Part shown: positions 39,766 through 49,179 of the stretch, piece by piece
Layout of the letters: each line of letters starts with the position of its first letter
How positions within the stretch are numbered: the first letter of the stretch is position 1
Virus record (IMG/VR): IMGVR_UViG_3300024420_000237
Span: 62,001 to 116,375 of that record
DNA length: 54,375 bases
Strand: one strand, 5' to 3'
Source of the DNA: an uncultured virus (IMG/VR IMGVR_UViG_3300024420_000237)
Taxonomy: Duplodnaviria; Heunggongvirae; Uroviricota; Caudoviricetes
The notes under the pieces: generated by a model
The model's input: only the letters and a program-made list of their open reading frames with translations
Databases searched by the model: none
Told to the model about the DNA's origin: nothing
Made by a program: the position numbers and the translations under genes

Positions 39766-40586
39766 GCAGGGTTTATTTCAATGTTTACTTTTTCTGTAGA
39801 TTGACACTCTGGGCATGTGAATTCGAATGTATTCAATGATTCTGGCTTCTTAGCAATAGTTTTAACTCTATTGTCCATGCTAGTAACTACTTTAGTTGGA
39901 ACGTTAGCAAGAAACTCAATAATTTGTTTCTTGTCTGATACGTTACCATCTGGTGTTTCTATATGGTCTATAGTTTCAGATATTAAGTCCACATTATACT
40001 CTGCTACACGTTTGAAACTTTTGTAAAATCTTTTAGCAAGTTCCAACTCATCCTTTTCATCTTCCATAGTGTGCTTTACATTATCGATGATTCGCTTTTC
40101 TTCAAGCTGGATAAGAGCAACCCGTGTAACACTTTCTAGTGTTGGTGGTCTTAAATGTATTGTTAAGTCTTCATATATTACAGGCTCTACCTCATTAATT
40201 TCTGGGAACTTGTTTAATACAAAGTCAATATCTATATTGAATTCATTTTGGTTTTCACACTCTTTACATTTGTGCGTATATGTAACGTCTTTTCCATTTG
40301 TTGCATATTGTATTGCCAAATAAAGAGCCTCAGCATCAATGTTACACAACTTTCTTGCATCTTTGATACTAGGAACACAGCTTTCTATTAGAGATATTAA
40401 CGCCTCACCATTAAGAAGTGCATCTGGATTACGCATTGTAATCTCATCGATTGCAGTCATAGGCATAACACCCACTTCTTCAATAATGGTTTGGTCAATT
40501 TCTGGATTAAATTTGCCTTTAGTTGGCAAACTAACATATAGTGCTGGCTTTCTAAAGTATTTGTTCAGCGGGTTGTCGGTCATCAT
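39753..40586 (-). CDS. Baseplate hub assembly chaperone (T4 gp26-like)
   Basis: LPTKG, PMTAIDE, LIESCVP, DAEALYLAIQYAT, two CxxC motifs (CKEC, CPEC); ends PANFS. Confidence 0.75.
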   Translation of the reverse strand: MMTDNPLNKYFRKPALYVSLPTKGKFNPEIDQTIIEEVGVMPMTAIDEITMRNPDALLNGEALISLIESCVPSIKDARKLCNIDAEALYLAIQYATNGKDVTYTHKCKECENQNEFNIDIDFVLNKFPEINEVEPVIYEDLTIHLRPPTLESVTRVALIQLEEKRIIDNVKHTMEDEKDELELAKRFYKSFKRVAEYNVDLISETIDHIETPDGNVSDKKQIIEFLANVPTKVVTSMDNRVKTIAKKPESLNTFEFTCPECQSTEKVNIEINPANFS

Positions 40587-40600
40587 TAATTCCTTGGATT

Positions 40601-40682
40601 GATAAATACACTTATAATAAAACTTAAAGTGTTATATACGTATATTTAGACATATTATAAACTACGTAGTTTAACTTGTCAA
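40601..40682. promoter_or_regulatory. Face-to-face promoters: late (+) for tape measure, consensus sigma70 (-) for gp26-like with a palindrome in its spacer
   Basis: GATAAATA 40601-40608 (+); minus TTGACA 40682-40677, 17 bp, TATAAT 40659-40654; TAAACTACGTAGTTTA 40658-40673. Confidence 0.75.
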
Positions 40683-40694
40683 GAGGTATTTTGA

Positions 40695-42968
40695 ATGGCT
40701 GAAGGAAATGTTTACATTGAAGGTATTGATCCTTCCATCCCGGGATGGGCAACTGAGACTACTATGGCTCAGATACGTCAAATATTGGCAACAATATCTG
40801 GTAACTCGGCTGAGACAAGCACAGCATTAGATAAAATTTATACAAGCGAGAGCGGAGACGCTCAAAAACAGTATAAGATATTACATGATACGTTAGGTGC
40901 AGTTAGGACACAATCACAAGAGACTGCAAAAGCCACACAAAAAGAACAGCAAGAAAGTGCAAAAAATACAATTCATCAAAACAAAATAGCTGGATTTTTT
41001 GAAACACTTATAAGACAAAACGAAACACAAGCAAATATTTTAAAAACTACCGCAGAAAGACAGCGTGAATTAGCAATTAACAAAAATATCACTGCACAAG
41101 GCGGCGATATGACTGATGCTACGACCAGAGAACTGGCAGGCATGAAATACGATGAAGAAGCATTAGCAGAAAGATTTAAAGAAGCAGGCAAAGTCGTATC
41201 AAGAGCGGCAGTAGGAATTTTAGCAACGACTAAAGCTATTAACAGCTTTATGGGACAACAAACAGAAGACAGATTTAACATGGCACAAGAAATTAGACAA
41301 TCGGGTCTAATGGCAGGCCTTTCAGATGTAGAGTCTGGTCTTACAAGTATGTCTAAAATGATACACGAAAACAATTTCACATTAGGTGAAGCGGCAGAAT
41401 TTACAAAACAGTTTTCAAGGTCTGTTGGTATTGTAGGAGTTAAATCATCTTTGGAATTCGCAAGTTCTTTGCAGAAAGCACGTAGTGAAGGCGGACTTGC
41501 TATGACAGCCGAATTCGGACTTGAGTTTGGAGAAATAACTTCATTGGCAGGTGAGTACTTAGACTCATTAAGAAATATGGGTGTACTTGACAGAATGAGT
41601 CAACAGCAATTACGTGATGGTATGGACGATTTCATGTCAGGCGTTTCGTCAACTGCAAATGTTTTAAAAATAAACTTAGAAGATGCGGCTAAGATGATTT
41701 CGCAAACTCTACAACGTGACGATGTAACATCAAGATTGGTTACGATGGATCCTAATAGAGCAAACGCTATTAGAGAAACTATTGGCTCAGCGGGAATGTT
41801 AGAAGGTACATTGGGACAGGCAGTTATCGAAAGAATGGCGGCAGGAAGCCAAGGTGCATTTGTACGTGAGCAATCATTCCAACAGTTAAGTGGTACAGGT
41901 ATTGGTAAAGAATTACTTCCAATTGTAGAGCGTCTTGCGATGGCAGGCGAACAAGGACCAGAGGCATTTCAAACTGCTATTGCTGATTTGTCTCCCGATA
42001 TTCAAGGCATTATTGCAAGTGCAAGTCAAGAAGGCAATCGTGCAGTTTTACAGACAGACCAATTTTTGCAGTCAATGATTGCAGATTTGTCTCGTCTTAG
42101 AGCAACGGTTGAAGATGCAGATAAAGGACCAACTGGCCCATCAGAAGCAGACAAGGCTGTGCTAGAAGGAATTGATACAAGAAGACAGGCGGTAGTTGCC
42201 CTTGAACAAGTACTTGACGAACAGGTTAAAGGTTTTACATCTATATTAGGCGAACAAAATACTGCAAATAAAGCCTTATTGGCAGAAGCAGTAGAATTTG
42301 CAAACACATTTAGTCCACTAGCATCAACAGTAACACTACTAACTGGTAAATTTGATGTTGCGGTAACTGACCTACAAACAAGTTTGTTAAGTGCTGGCAC
42401 AAGTATTGTCGATTGGGCAAACAAAATAGTGGGCGCTGAGGTTTCTGAAAGCCAGACAGATAGTAGTAATGAAACAAGAGACATACAAACGGCAACAGAT
42501 TCTACGTTAGAAACAGGCAGAGAAGTTCTAAATCAAAATGATTTAACCAAGGACGACCGAAACATTATTAAAAGAGTATTTACTGATACCGATGCTGAAA
42601 ATATGTTTGATAAAATCAATAGTATACTGCTAACTGAAGGACCAAATAAAAGCGAAGATATCGCAGATGATTTAAAAGATTTGACTAAACTACTTGGTTT
42701 GTTTAAGCCAGGTGAAGAATACGGCGAAACTCAGGCGGCACAATTACGAGCAGTTATGGAAGCAATCGGAACTACAGATGCGTCAAAGACTGAGGAAGGC
42801 CAAGAAAATATGAGATTAATGATACAAGCATTAGAAAACCTAGAAACCAAGTATACAAGCATTAATCCTGGGTCTTATTTTGGAAGAGACAACGTTGAAA
42901 ATGCGGCAGAGAAAGATGCAGTATTAATTGAATTACGTAATCTAGTGAATGCGTTAAATAATAATTAA
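40695..42968 (+). CDS. Tail tape-measure-like protein
   Basis: 757 aa, A/Q/E/L-rich, helical character, few Pro and no Cys; adjacent to the gp26/gp51-like chaperone locus. Confidence 0.6.
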   Translation: MAEGNVYIEGIDPSIPGWATETTMAQIRQILATISGNSAETSTALDKIYTSESGDAQKQYKILHDTLGAVRTQSQETAKATQKEQQESAKNTIHQNKIAGFFETLIRQNETQANILKTTAERQRELAINKNITAQGGDMTDATTRELAGMKYDEEALAERFKEAGKVVSRAAVGILATTKAINSFMGQQTEDRFNMAQEIRQSGLMAGLSDVESGLTSMSKMIHENNFTLGEAAEFTKQFSRSVGIVGVKSSLEFASSLQKARSEGGLAMTAEFGLEFGEITSLAGEYLDSLRNMGVLDRMSQQQLRDGMDDFMSGVSSTANVLKINLEDAAKMISQTLQRDDVTSRLVTMDPNRANAIRETIGSAGMLEGTLGQAVIERMAAGSQGAFVREQSFQQLSGTGIGKELLPIVERLAMAGEQGPEAFQTAIADLSPDIQGIIASASQEGNRAVLQTDQFLQSMIADLSRLRATVEDADKGPTGPSEADKAVLEGIDTRRQAVVALEQVLDEQVKGFTSILGEQNTANKALLAEAVEFANTFSPLASTVTLLTGKFDVAVTDLQTSLLSAGTSIVDWANKIVGAEVSESQTDSSNETRDIQTATDSTLETGREVLNQNDLTKDDRNIIKRVFTDTDAENMFDKINSILLTEGPNKSEDIADDLKDLTKLLGLFKPGEEYGETQAAQLRAVMEAIGTTDASKTEEGQENMRLMIQALENLETKYTSINPGSYFGRDNVENAAEKDAVLIELRNLVNALNNN

Positions 42969-42978
42969 AGGAAGAGTA

Positions 42979-43007
42979 TTGACAAACATATCAAATTATG
43001 ATAGTAT
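42979..43007 (+). promoter_or_regulatory. Sigma70-type promoter upstream of portal
   Basis: TTGACA 42979-42984, 17 bp, TGnTAGTAT 43002-43007. Confidence 0.65.
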
Positions 43008-43026
43008 TAACTCTAAGGAATAAAAA

Positions 43027-44724
43027 ATGAGCTGGAAAAAATATTTTAAAACATACGACGGAATGCCCGAAAAGATGCCACGTTCATCTGGTGGGGGATA
43101 TGCCGGCGATGCAGATACCAAACGATATAGTAGTTGGTTACCTGAGGTTTATCAGGGACAACCTAATCGTGTACAAAGATATGGTCAATATGACCAAATG
43201 GATTTAGATAGTGAAGTGAATACTGCATTAGATACTATTGCAGAATTTTCTACATTGAAAAACGAATATAGTAAACTTCCTTTTCATGTTGAATATAATC
43301 AAGATTCAAGCGAAACAGAAAATGATATTATTCAAAAATCACTAAGACAATGGTGTTCTCTTAATAAAATTAATAAGAGAATGTTCCGTATCTTTAGAAA
43401 CACAGTCAAATTCGGAGACCAAATATTTGTTCGTGACCCGGAAACATATAAACTTTTTTGGGTAGATCCAGCTAAAATCGAAAAAGTTATTGTTAACGAA
43501 GGCAAAGGCAAAAAAATTGAAGCATACTATATTAAAGATTTAGATATTAATCTACAGAGCCTTAATATTACTGCCGATACAACTAAACTATTACAAACAC
43601 AAACAGGTCTTACAGGAGCACCTAATATTAATGCGAACACTACACAAGGCTATACAGCCGGCGGCGCTGGTGGTAGTAGATTTGTGTCAGACCAAACATC
43701 AACGCCAGTTGATGCAAAGCATATTGTTCATATTTCATTAAGTGAAGGTATCGATGGCTTCTGGCCTTTTGGCAACTCAATACTTGAACCAGTGTTCAAA
43801 GTTTATAAACAAAAAGAATTATTAGAAGATGCTATTCTGATTTATCGTGTTCAAAGAGCACCAGAACGTAGAGTATTCTATATCGATGTTGGTAACATGC
43901 CAACACACAAAGCAAGAGCCCACTTAGAACGTATCAAAAGTGAAATTCATCAAAGACGTATTCCAAGTAAAACAGGTGGCGGTCAGAATATCACAGATAG
44001 TGCATACAATCCACTATCTATTATGGAAGATTACTTCTTTGCTCAGACGGCTGAAGGTCGTGGTTCTAAAGTTGAGACACTACCTGGTGGTGAAAACTTA
44101 GGACAGATTGATGATTTGAAATACTTCAATGATAAGATGATGCGTGGACTTAGAGTTCCACCAAGCTATCTAGGTAGCTTAGACAGTGACGGTAACGGCT
44201 ACAATGATGGTCGTGTAGGTACTGCATTCATTCAAGAATTTAGATTTACTAAGTTCTGTGAACGTTTACAAGCATTAGTATGTGAAGACTTGGACAGAGA
44301 GTTTAAGATGTTCATGAAGCACAGAGGTGTGGTTATTGAAAGTTCTTTGTTTGACTTGAAATTTAATCCTCCACAAAACTTTGGTAAGTATCGTCAAGCA
44401 GAAGTAGACCAAGTTATGATGAACGTATTTACTGCAATCGAAGGCGCAGAGTATGTAAGTAAGCGTTTTGCAATGAAACGTTTCTTGGGATTATCTGATG
44501 AAGAAATCATGGAAAACGAAAAGTTATGGCATGAAGAAAAAGGCACTGGCGACCCACAAGACGCAGACGGACTTAAATCAGTAGGGGCAAGTGTTCCCGG
44601 CGGTGAGTTTGAAGGCGGCGAACCAGAGTTTGATGAAACGGATGCAGAGACAGATGAAGAAGGTTCACCAATAAGTGGCGCGGAAAATTCCGAAGAAACA
44701 GACGAAATCGATCCAAACGTATAA
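43027..44724 (+). CDS. gp20: Portal vertex protein (T4 gp20-like)
   Basis: LLEDAILIYRVQRAPERRVFYIDVGNMP, EDYFF, ETLPGGENLGQIDDLKYF and RVPPS signatures. Confidence 0.95.
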   Translation: MSWKKYFKTYDGMPEKMPRSSGGGYAGDADTKRYSSWLPEVYQGQPNRVQRYGQYDQMDLDSEVNTALDTIAEFSTLKNEYSKLPFHVEYNQDSSETENDIIQKSLRQWCSLNKINKRMFRIFRNTVKFGDQIFVRDPETYKLFWVDPAKIEKVIVNEGKGKKIEAYYIKDLDINLQSLNITADTTKLLQTQTGLTGAPNINANTTQGYTAGGAGGSRFVSDQTSTPVDAKHIVHISLSEGIDGFWPFGNSILEPVFKVYKQKELLEDAILIYRVQRAPERRVFYIDVGNMPTHKARAHLERIKSEIHQRRIPSKTGGGQNITDSAYNPLSIMEDYFFAQTAEGRGSKVETLPGGENLGQIDDLKYFNDKMMRGLRVPPSYLGSLDSDGNGYNDGRVGTAFIQEFRFTKFCERLQALVCEDLDREFKMFMKHRGVVIESSLFDLKFNPPQNFGKYRQAEVDQVMMNVFTAIEGAEYVSKRFAMKRFLGLSDEEIMENEKLWHEEKGTGDPQDADGLKSVGASVPGGEFEGGEPEFDETDAETDEEGSPISGAENSEETDEIDPNV

Positions 44725-44727
44725 ATA
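44720..44727 (+). promoter_or_regulatory. Late promoter TATAAATA overlapping the portal stop codon
   Basis: Exact T4 late consensus. Confidence 0.6.
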
Positions 44728-44750
44728 GATATAGTCAACGGAGTTTTTAA

Positions 44751-44969
44751 ATGAAGTATAGTGATATCAATGAAAATTATTCACCTGATAGGGATGAACA
44801 TAATAGCATAGAATTAGATGATACAAGAAAAAATCGTCTAACACTTACTCACCTTAATGACCTACGTAAGATGCGTGAATATAGAAAAGTACAGAATTCA
44901 GAAGCAAAAGAACGACTAAGCACTCAATATGGTGGTAGTTCTGATGCATCTGCTGAGCCTGAACTATAA
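44751..44969 (+). CDS. Small head-module protein
   Basis: 72 aa between portal and scaffold; GGAG RBS. Confidence 0.7.
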   Translation: MKYSDINENYSPDRDEHNSIELDDTRKNRLTLTHLNDLRKMREYRKVQNSEAKERLSTQYGGSSDASAEPEL

Positions 44970-45112
44970 TATTTAAGTGTCAATAAATGTCTGAAAAGAC
45001 AGTTAAATGAGTACATAAGTGATTGACATACTTTGTTAAATAACTTATATCACAAAATGGCTTGAAAAAATAGCCGTTTTGTTGCATTTCCTTAATAAAC
45101 CCTCAAAACCTC

Positions 45113-45120
45113 TATAAATA
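45113..45120 (+). promoter_or_regulatory. Late promoter TATAAATA for the head operon
   Basis: Exact T4 late consensus in the intergenic region upstream of the core/protease/capsid genes. Confidence 0.7.
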
Positions 45121-45211
45121 CATTTGAAACAATAGAAGTGTTTCTACAACCTTGCCACATCAAGCGACTTTGCAAACGTGGCGATTATAGAAGATAAGGA
45201 GATATAATATT

Positions 45212-46096
45212 ATGTCAGACAAAAGTACATTAGAGAACGTACTAGAACTTCTAATCAACGAGGAAAAAGACGCCGCAGAAAACATGTTGCATGACTTTAT
45301 TGTAGCAGAGGCTCGTAGGATCCATGAAGAACTTCTTAACGATAGTGACGAAGTTGTAGAAGAAGACCTTGAGGATATAGACGAATCTGAGGCCGAGACT
45401 GACCAAGTTGAGGAAAACGAAGAACTAGAGGAAGTATCATTGGAAGATGGCGAAGCTATCGAAGATGACGCATCCGAAATAGAAAATGAAGAATTCTATG
45501 ATGCAGACGAATCATCAGAAGATGAAGCAGAAGAAGACCTAGAAATGGGTGATGAAGAGGCTCCAGCTGAGGATATGGAAGCACGTGTAGATGACCTAGA
45601 GTCAAATCTAGCGGATCTTGAAGCGGAATTCGAAAAAATTATGTCAGGTGAAGGCGATGACATGGAAGATGAAGCAGACGAAGAAATGGATGTGGAAGAT
45701 GACATGGAAGAAGCAACTGAAATTGAAGCTGTTGAAGAAGAAGCAGTAGATGAATCAGATGAACTAGAACTTGATTTAGAAGAATCAGAAGACGAAGCAG
45801 AAGCAGATGAAGACAAGTTGGACGAGTATGTTACTCCGGCAACAGCGTCAACAGGCGACAATGGTGACAACACAGCATCAACAGTCAATGCAAATGCAAA
45901 GCGTCCTGGTGACGATTCAAATGCAAAACCAGTAGGCCAAAACGATGGTAACACATCAGGCGGCAAAGGTGATGCACCAAAAGATATGTCAACAGGTAAC
46001 GTAAACGTATCTGGAAACAGTAAAGCACCTGCAATGAGCCCGAAATCGGCTTCTGAAGGTGATAACGGCGCTAACACTAAATCAGTTAGTAGCTAA
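45212..46096 (+). CDS. Highly acidic prohead core/scaffold-type protein
   Basis: Extremely D/E-rich 294-aa ORF directly upstream of the prohead protease; AGGAG RBS. Confidence 0.65.
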   Translation: MSDKSTLENVLELLINEEKDAAENMLHDFIVAEARRIHEELLNDSDEVVEEDLEDIDESEAETDQVEENEELEEVSLEDGEAIEDDASEIENEEFYDADESSEDEAEEDLEMGDEEAPAEDMEARVDDLESNLADLEAEFEKIMSGEGDDMEDEADEEMDVEDDMEEATEIEAVEEEAVDESDELELDLEESEDEAEADEDKLDEYVTPATASTGDNGDNTASTVNANAKRPGDDSNAKPVGQNDGNTSGGKGDAPKDMSTGNVNVSGNSKAPAMSPKSASEGDNGANTKSVSS

Positions 46097-46113
46097 AACT
46101 TTGGAGATAACCA

Positions 46114-46743
46114 ATGACCGTTCTTATTGAAAGACTATCCCACAAACAAGCGAATGTGAAATCACGTATCGTGGAAGGTGAGGACGGCGGAAAAAACATG
46201 TTCATGGAAGGCATTTTCGTTCAAGGTAACGTTAAGAATGCTAACCAAAGGGTATATCCTGTAGCTGAAATTACTAGGGCAGTTGAATCTGTACAATCTA
46301 AAATCAGCGAAGGTTTCCCAGTATTAGGTGAATGTGACCATCCGCCAGAATTAACTGTCAATGTAGACAGAGTATCACATATTATTGAGAATATGTGGAT
46401 GGATGGGCCGAACGGATATGGTAAACTTAAAATTGTTCCTACACCCATGGGTAACATTATCAGAACATTAATCGAATCAGGTGCCACGCTAGGTGTCTCA
46501 TCTCGTGGTTCAGGTGAAGTTGGTCACGATGGGAATGTGAAGAATTTTGAGATTGTCACTGTAGACATCGTAGCACAACCAAGTGCTCCAGATGCCTACC
46601 CGAAGGCAATCTACGAAGGTTTAATGAACATGCGTGGTGGTTACCAAACTTGGCAACTAGCACAGAATGTACAAACAGACAAGGTCGCTCAAAAATACTT
46701 GTCAGAACAAATCGTTAAGTTCATTAATGAACTTAAACTATAA
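46114..46743 (+). CDS. gp21: Prohead protease (T4 gp21-like)
   Basis: EGIFVQ..KNANQRVYP, LGECDHP, VSH, GVSSRGSG and DIVAQPSAPDA. Confidence 0.93.
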   Translation: MTVLIERLSHKQANVKSRIVEGEDGGKNMFMEGIFVQGNVKNANQRVYPVAEITRAVESVQSKISEGFPVLGECDHPPELTVNVDRVSHIIENMWMDGPNGYGKLKIVPTPMGNIIRTLIESGATLGVSSRGSGEVGHDGNVKNFEIVTVDIVAQPSAPDAYPKAIYEGLMNMRGGYQTWQLAQNVQTDKVAQKYLSEQIVKFINELKL

Positions 46744-46757
46744 CAGGAGAAGCAACA

Positions 46758-47873
46758 ATGGCAACAGAAATCCTTGCTAATCTTTTAGAGTCAGGTGCCC
46801 TATCCGAAGAGGCTGGCGCACAAATTAAAGAGGCTCTTGAGACAAAACTAAATGAAGCAAGAGAGGAGATTACAGCCGAGTTGCGTGAGGAGTTCGCACA
46901 AAAGTTTGAACACGACAAATCAGTGATTGTAGAAGCTATGGATAACATGCTTAATACATCAATTAAAGCTGAAATGGCAGAGTTTAAAACAGACCGTGAA
47001 CAACTTATCGCAGAACGAGTTGCATATAAGAAAGCAATTTCTGAACATGCAAAACTCCTTGAAAAATTCATTACTTCTCGTTTAGCGACCGAAGTTAAAG
47101 AACTACAGGCAGACAGGGCTAAAGTTAACGAAAATCTACAGGAAACTAAGAAATTCGTTGTTAAACAACTAAGCCGTGAACTATCTGAGTTCCATAATGA
47201 TAAACGTGAATTAGTTAACACTAAAGTACGTTTGGTAGCAGAAGGCAAAAATATTCTTAACAAGACTAAAGAATCGTTTATTAAACGTTCAGCGGAACTT
47301 GTTGAAAATACAATTAAGAATTCTTTACGTTCAGAAATGAAAGCGTTAAAAGAAGATATCGTACAAGCTAAAGAAAATGAGTTTGGACGTAAGGTCTTTG
47401 AAGCGTTCTCAGGCGAATTTATGGCTTCACAATTAAATGAAGGCACAGAAGTAGCTAAAGTGAACAAGAAACTTAACGAATCTGCTAACAAGGTTGCAGA
47501 ACTTGAAAAAGTGATAGCTGATAAAGATGCGGACATTGAAGGCGCTAAGAAAACTCAACGTATACTAGAAGACAAGATGAACAGAAAAGAAGTTCTATCT
47601 GGTTTACTAGCACCGTTAGGTAAAGAAAAAGCAACAGTAATGTCTGATTTATTAGAGTCAGTAAAAACTTCAAATCTACAAACAGCATTTAAAAAATATC
47701 TACCAGCTGTTTTGGATGAGAAAAACGTTTCTACAAAAGAAACAAAAACATTAACAGAAGGCAAAGTGACTGAAAGAACTGGTGACCGTGGGGTAGCAAC
47801 ACACGTAGAACCACAGTCGTCAGGAAGCGATGCCGAAATAATTCAGCTTAAGAAATTGGCTGGATTGAATTAA
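46758..47873 (+). CDS. gp22: Prohead core scaffold protein (T4 gp22-like)
   Basis: Coiled-coil E/K-rich protein between protease and capsid genes. Confidence 0.75.
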   Translation: MATEILANLLESGALSEEAGAQIKEALETKLNEAREEITAELREEFAQKFEHDKSVIVEAMDNMLNTSIKAEMAEFKTDREQLIAERVAYKKAISEHAKLLEKFITSRLATEVKELQADRAKVNENLQETKKFVVKQLSRELSEFHNDKRELVNTKVRLVAEGKNILNKTKESFIKRSAELVENTIKNSLRSEMKALKEDIVQAKENEFGRKVFEAFSGEFMASQLNEGTEVAKVNKKLNESANKVAELEKVIADKDADIEGAKKTQRILEDKMNRKEVLSGLLAPLGKEKATVMSDLLESVKTSNLQTAFKKYLPAVLDEKNVSTKETKTLTEGKVTERTGDRGVATHVEPQSSGSDAEIIQLKKLAGLN

Positions 47874-47899
47874 CCAGGATAATATCAGGAGAATAAAAG

Positions 47900-49054
47900 A
47901 TGGAAAATCTTTTTGAAGGAAATAACTGGGACGGTACACGTGATGCACTACTAGAAGGTCTAGAAGGCACAAAACGTGATACAATGTCCGCAGTTTTAGA
48001 AAACACTAAAGTAGCACTTAATGAAAGTGCAACTGCTGGTGCAACACAGGCTGGTAACATCGCTACTCTTAACAAAGTGATCCTACCAGTTATCCGTCGT
48101 GTAATGCCAACAGTAATTGCAAACGAAATCATCGGCGTACAGCCAATGACAGGCCCAGTAGGCCAAATTCACACTCTAAGAGTACGTTACGCAGAAGCAA
48201 AAGCTGGCGTGGCGGCAGGTGATGAAGCACTAAGCCCATTTGATATTGCTAACGCATATTCAGGTGACGCGGCAGGGGCTCCGGCTTCTACAGCATCACT
48301 AGAAGGTGAAGCAGGATCAAAAATGTCAATTCAAGTTCTAAAGCAAACAGTTGAAGCGAAAACTCGTAAACTGTCTGCACGTTGGACTTTCGAAGCGGCA
48401 CAAGACGCTAACTCAATGCACGGTTTAGATATCGAAGCTGAAATCATGGCGGCATTAGCAATGGAAATCACTGCTGAAATCGACCAAGAAATTCTAGGTT
48501 CACTATCTAACTTAGCATCTACTGGCGCTACATATGACATGTCAGCATCATTCACAGGTACACCAACGTTTATCGGTGACAGACATGCCGTACTTGCGAC
48601 ATTAATCAACCAACAAGCTAACCTAGTAGCACAGCGTACAAGACGTGGCGCGGCTAACTGGGCAGTTATCTCACCATCAGCACTAACAGTTCTACAATCT
48701 GCAACTACATCAGCATTTGCACGTACAACTGAAGGTACTTTTGAAGCACCAACTAATACTAAGTTCGTAGGTACTCTAAACAGTACTATGAGAGTATATG
48801 TAAACACATATGCATCAAACGATGACGTATTACTAGGCTACAAAGGTCAAGGCGAAATCGATGCGGCGGCGTTCTATTGCCCATACGTACCGTTAATGTC
48901 ATCAGGCGTTGTGGTAGATCCAAGTTCATTCGAACCAGTAGTGTCATTTATGACTCGTTACGGTTATGTTGAACTAACAAACACTGCATCATCTCTAGGT
49001 AATGCGGCAGACTACGTTTCTAAAATCGCAGTCTCAAATCTAGCATTCGTATAA
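47900..49054 (+). CDS. gp23: Major capsid protein (T4 gp23-like)
   Basis: IRRVMP..IIGVQPMTGP, VEAKTRKLSARWTFEAAQD..HGLDIEAE, EITAEIDQEI, FYCPYVPL and TRYG. Confidence 0.95.
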   Translation: MENLFEGNNWDGTRDALLEGLEGTKRDTMSAVLENTKVALNESATAGATQAGNIATLNKVILPVIRRVMPTVIANEIIGVQPMTGPVGQIHTLRVRYAEAKAGVAAGDEALSPFDIANAYSGDAAGAPASTASLEGEAGSKMSIQVLKQTVEAKTRKLSARWTFEAAQDANSMHGLDIEAEIMAALAMEITAEIDQEILGSLSNLASTGATYDMSASFTGTPTFIGDRHAVLATLINQQANLVAQRTRRGAANWAVISPSALTVLQSATTSAFARTTEGTFEAPTNTKFVGTLNSTMRVYVNTYASNDDVLLGYKGQGEIDAAAFYCPYVPLMSSGVVVDPSSFEPVVSFMTRYGYVELTNTASSLGNAADYVSKIAVSNLAFV

Positions 49055-49079
49055 TTTTTTATACAAATTAGATTACAAG

Positions 49080-49108
49080 AAAGCCGGGATTTATTCCCGG
49101 CTTTTTTT
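49080..49108 (+). terminator. Intrinsic terminator after major capsid gene
   Basis: AAAGCCGGGA-TTTAT-TCCCGGCTTT with T7 tract. Confidence 0.88.
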
Positions 49109-49131
49109 ATGGCTAAAAAACCATGAATTCT

Positions 49132-49139
49132 GATAAATA
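49132..49139 (+). promoter_or_regulatory. Late promoter GATAAATA
   Basis: Intergenic, after the terminator and upstream of the 49180 gene. Confidence 0.65.
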
Positions 49140-49179
49140 CAATTAGATAAGAAACCTAATCGTTTGAGAGAGAATTCAT

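Noticed and set aside
39630..39839. 69-aa plus-strand ORF from the track
   Set aside because: Antisense shadow of the gp26-like end and the gp51-like frame; no RBS.
45496..48807. Long minus-strand ORFs (193, 267 and 158 aa) opposite head genes
   Set aside because: Ser/Leu-rich mirror translations caused by codon bias of the sense genes; no RBS or motifs.
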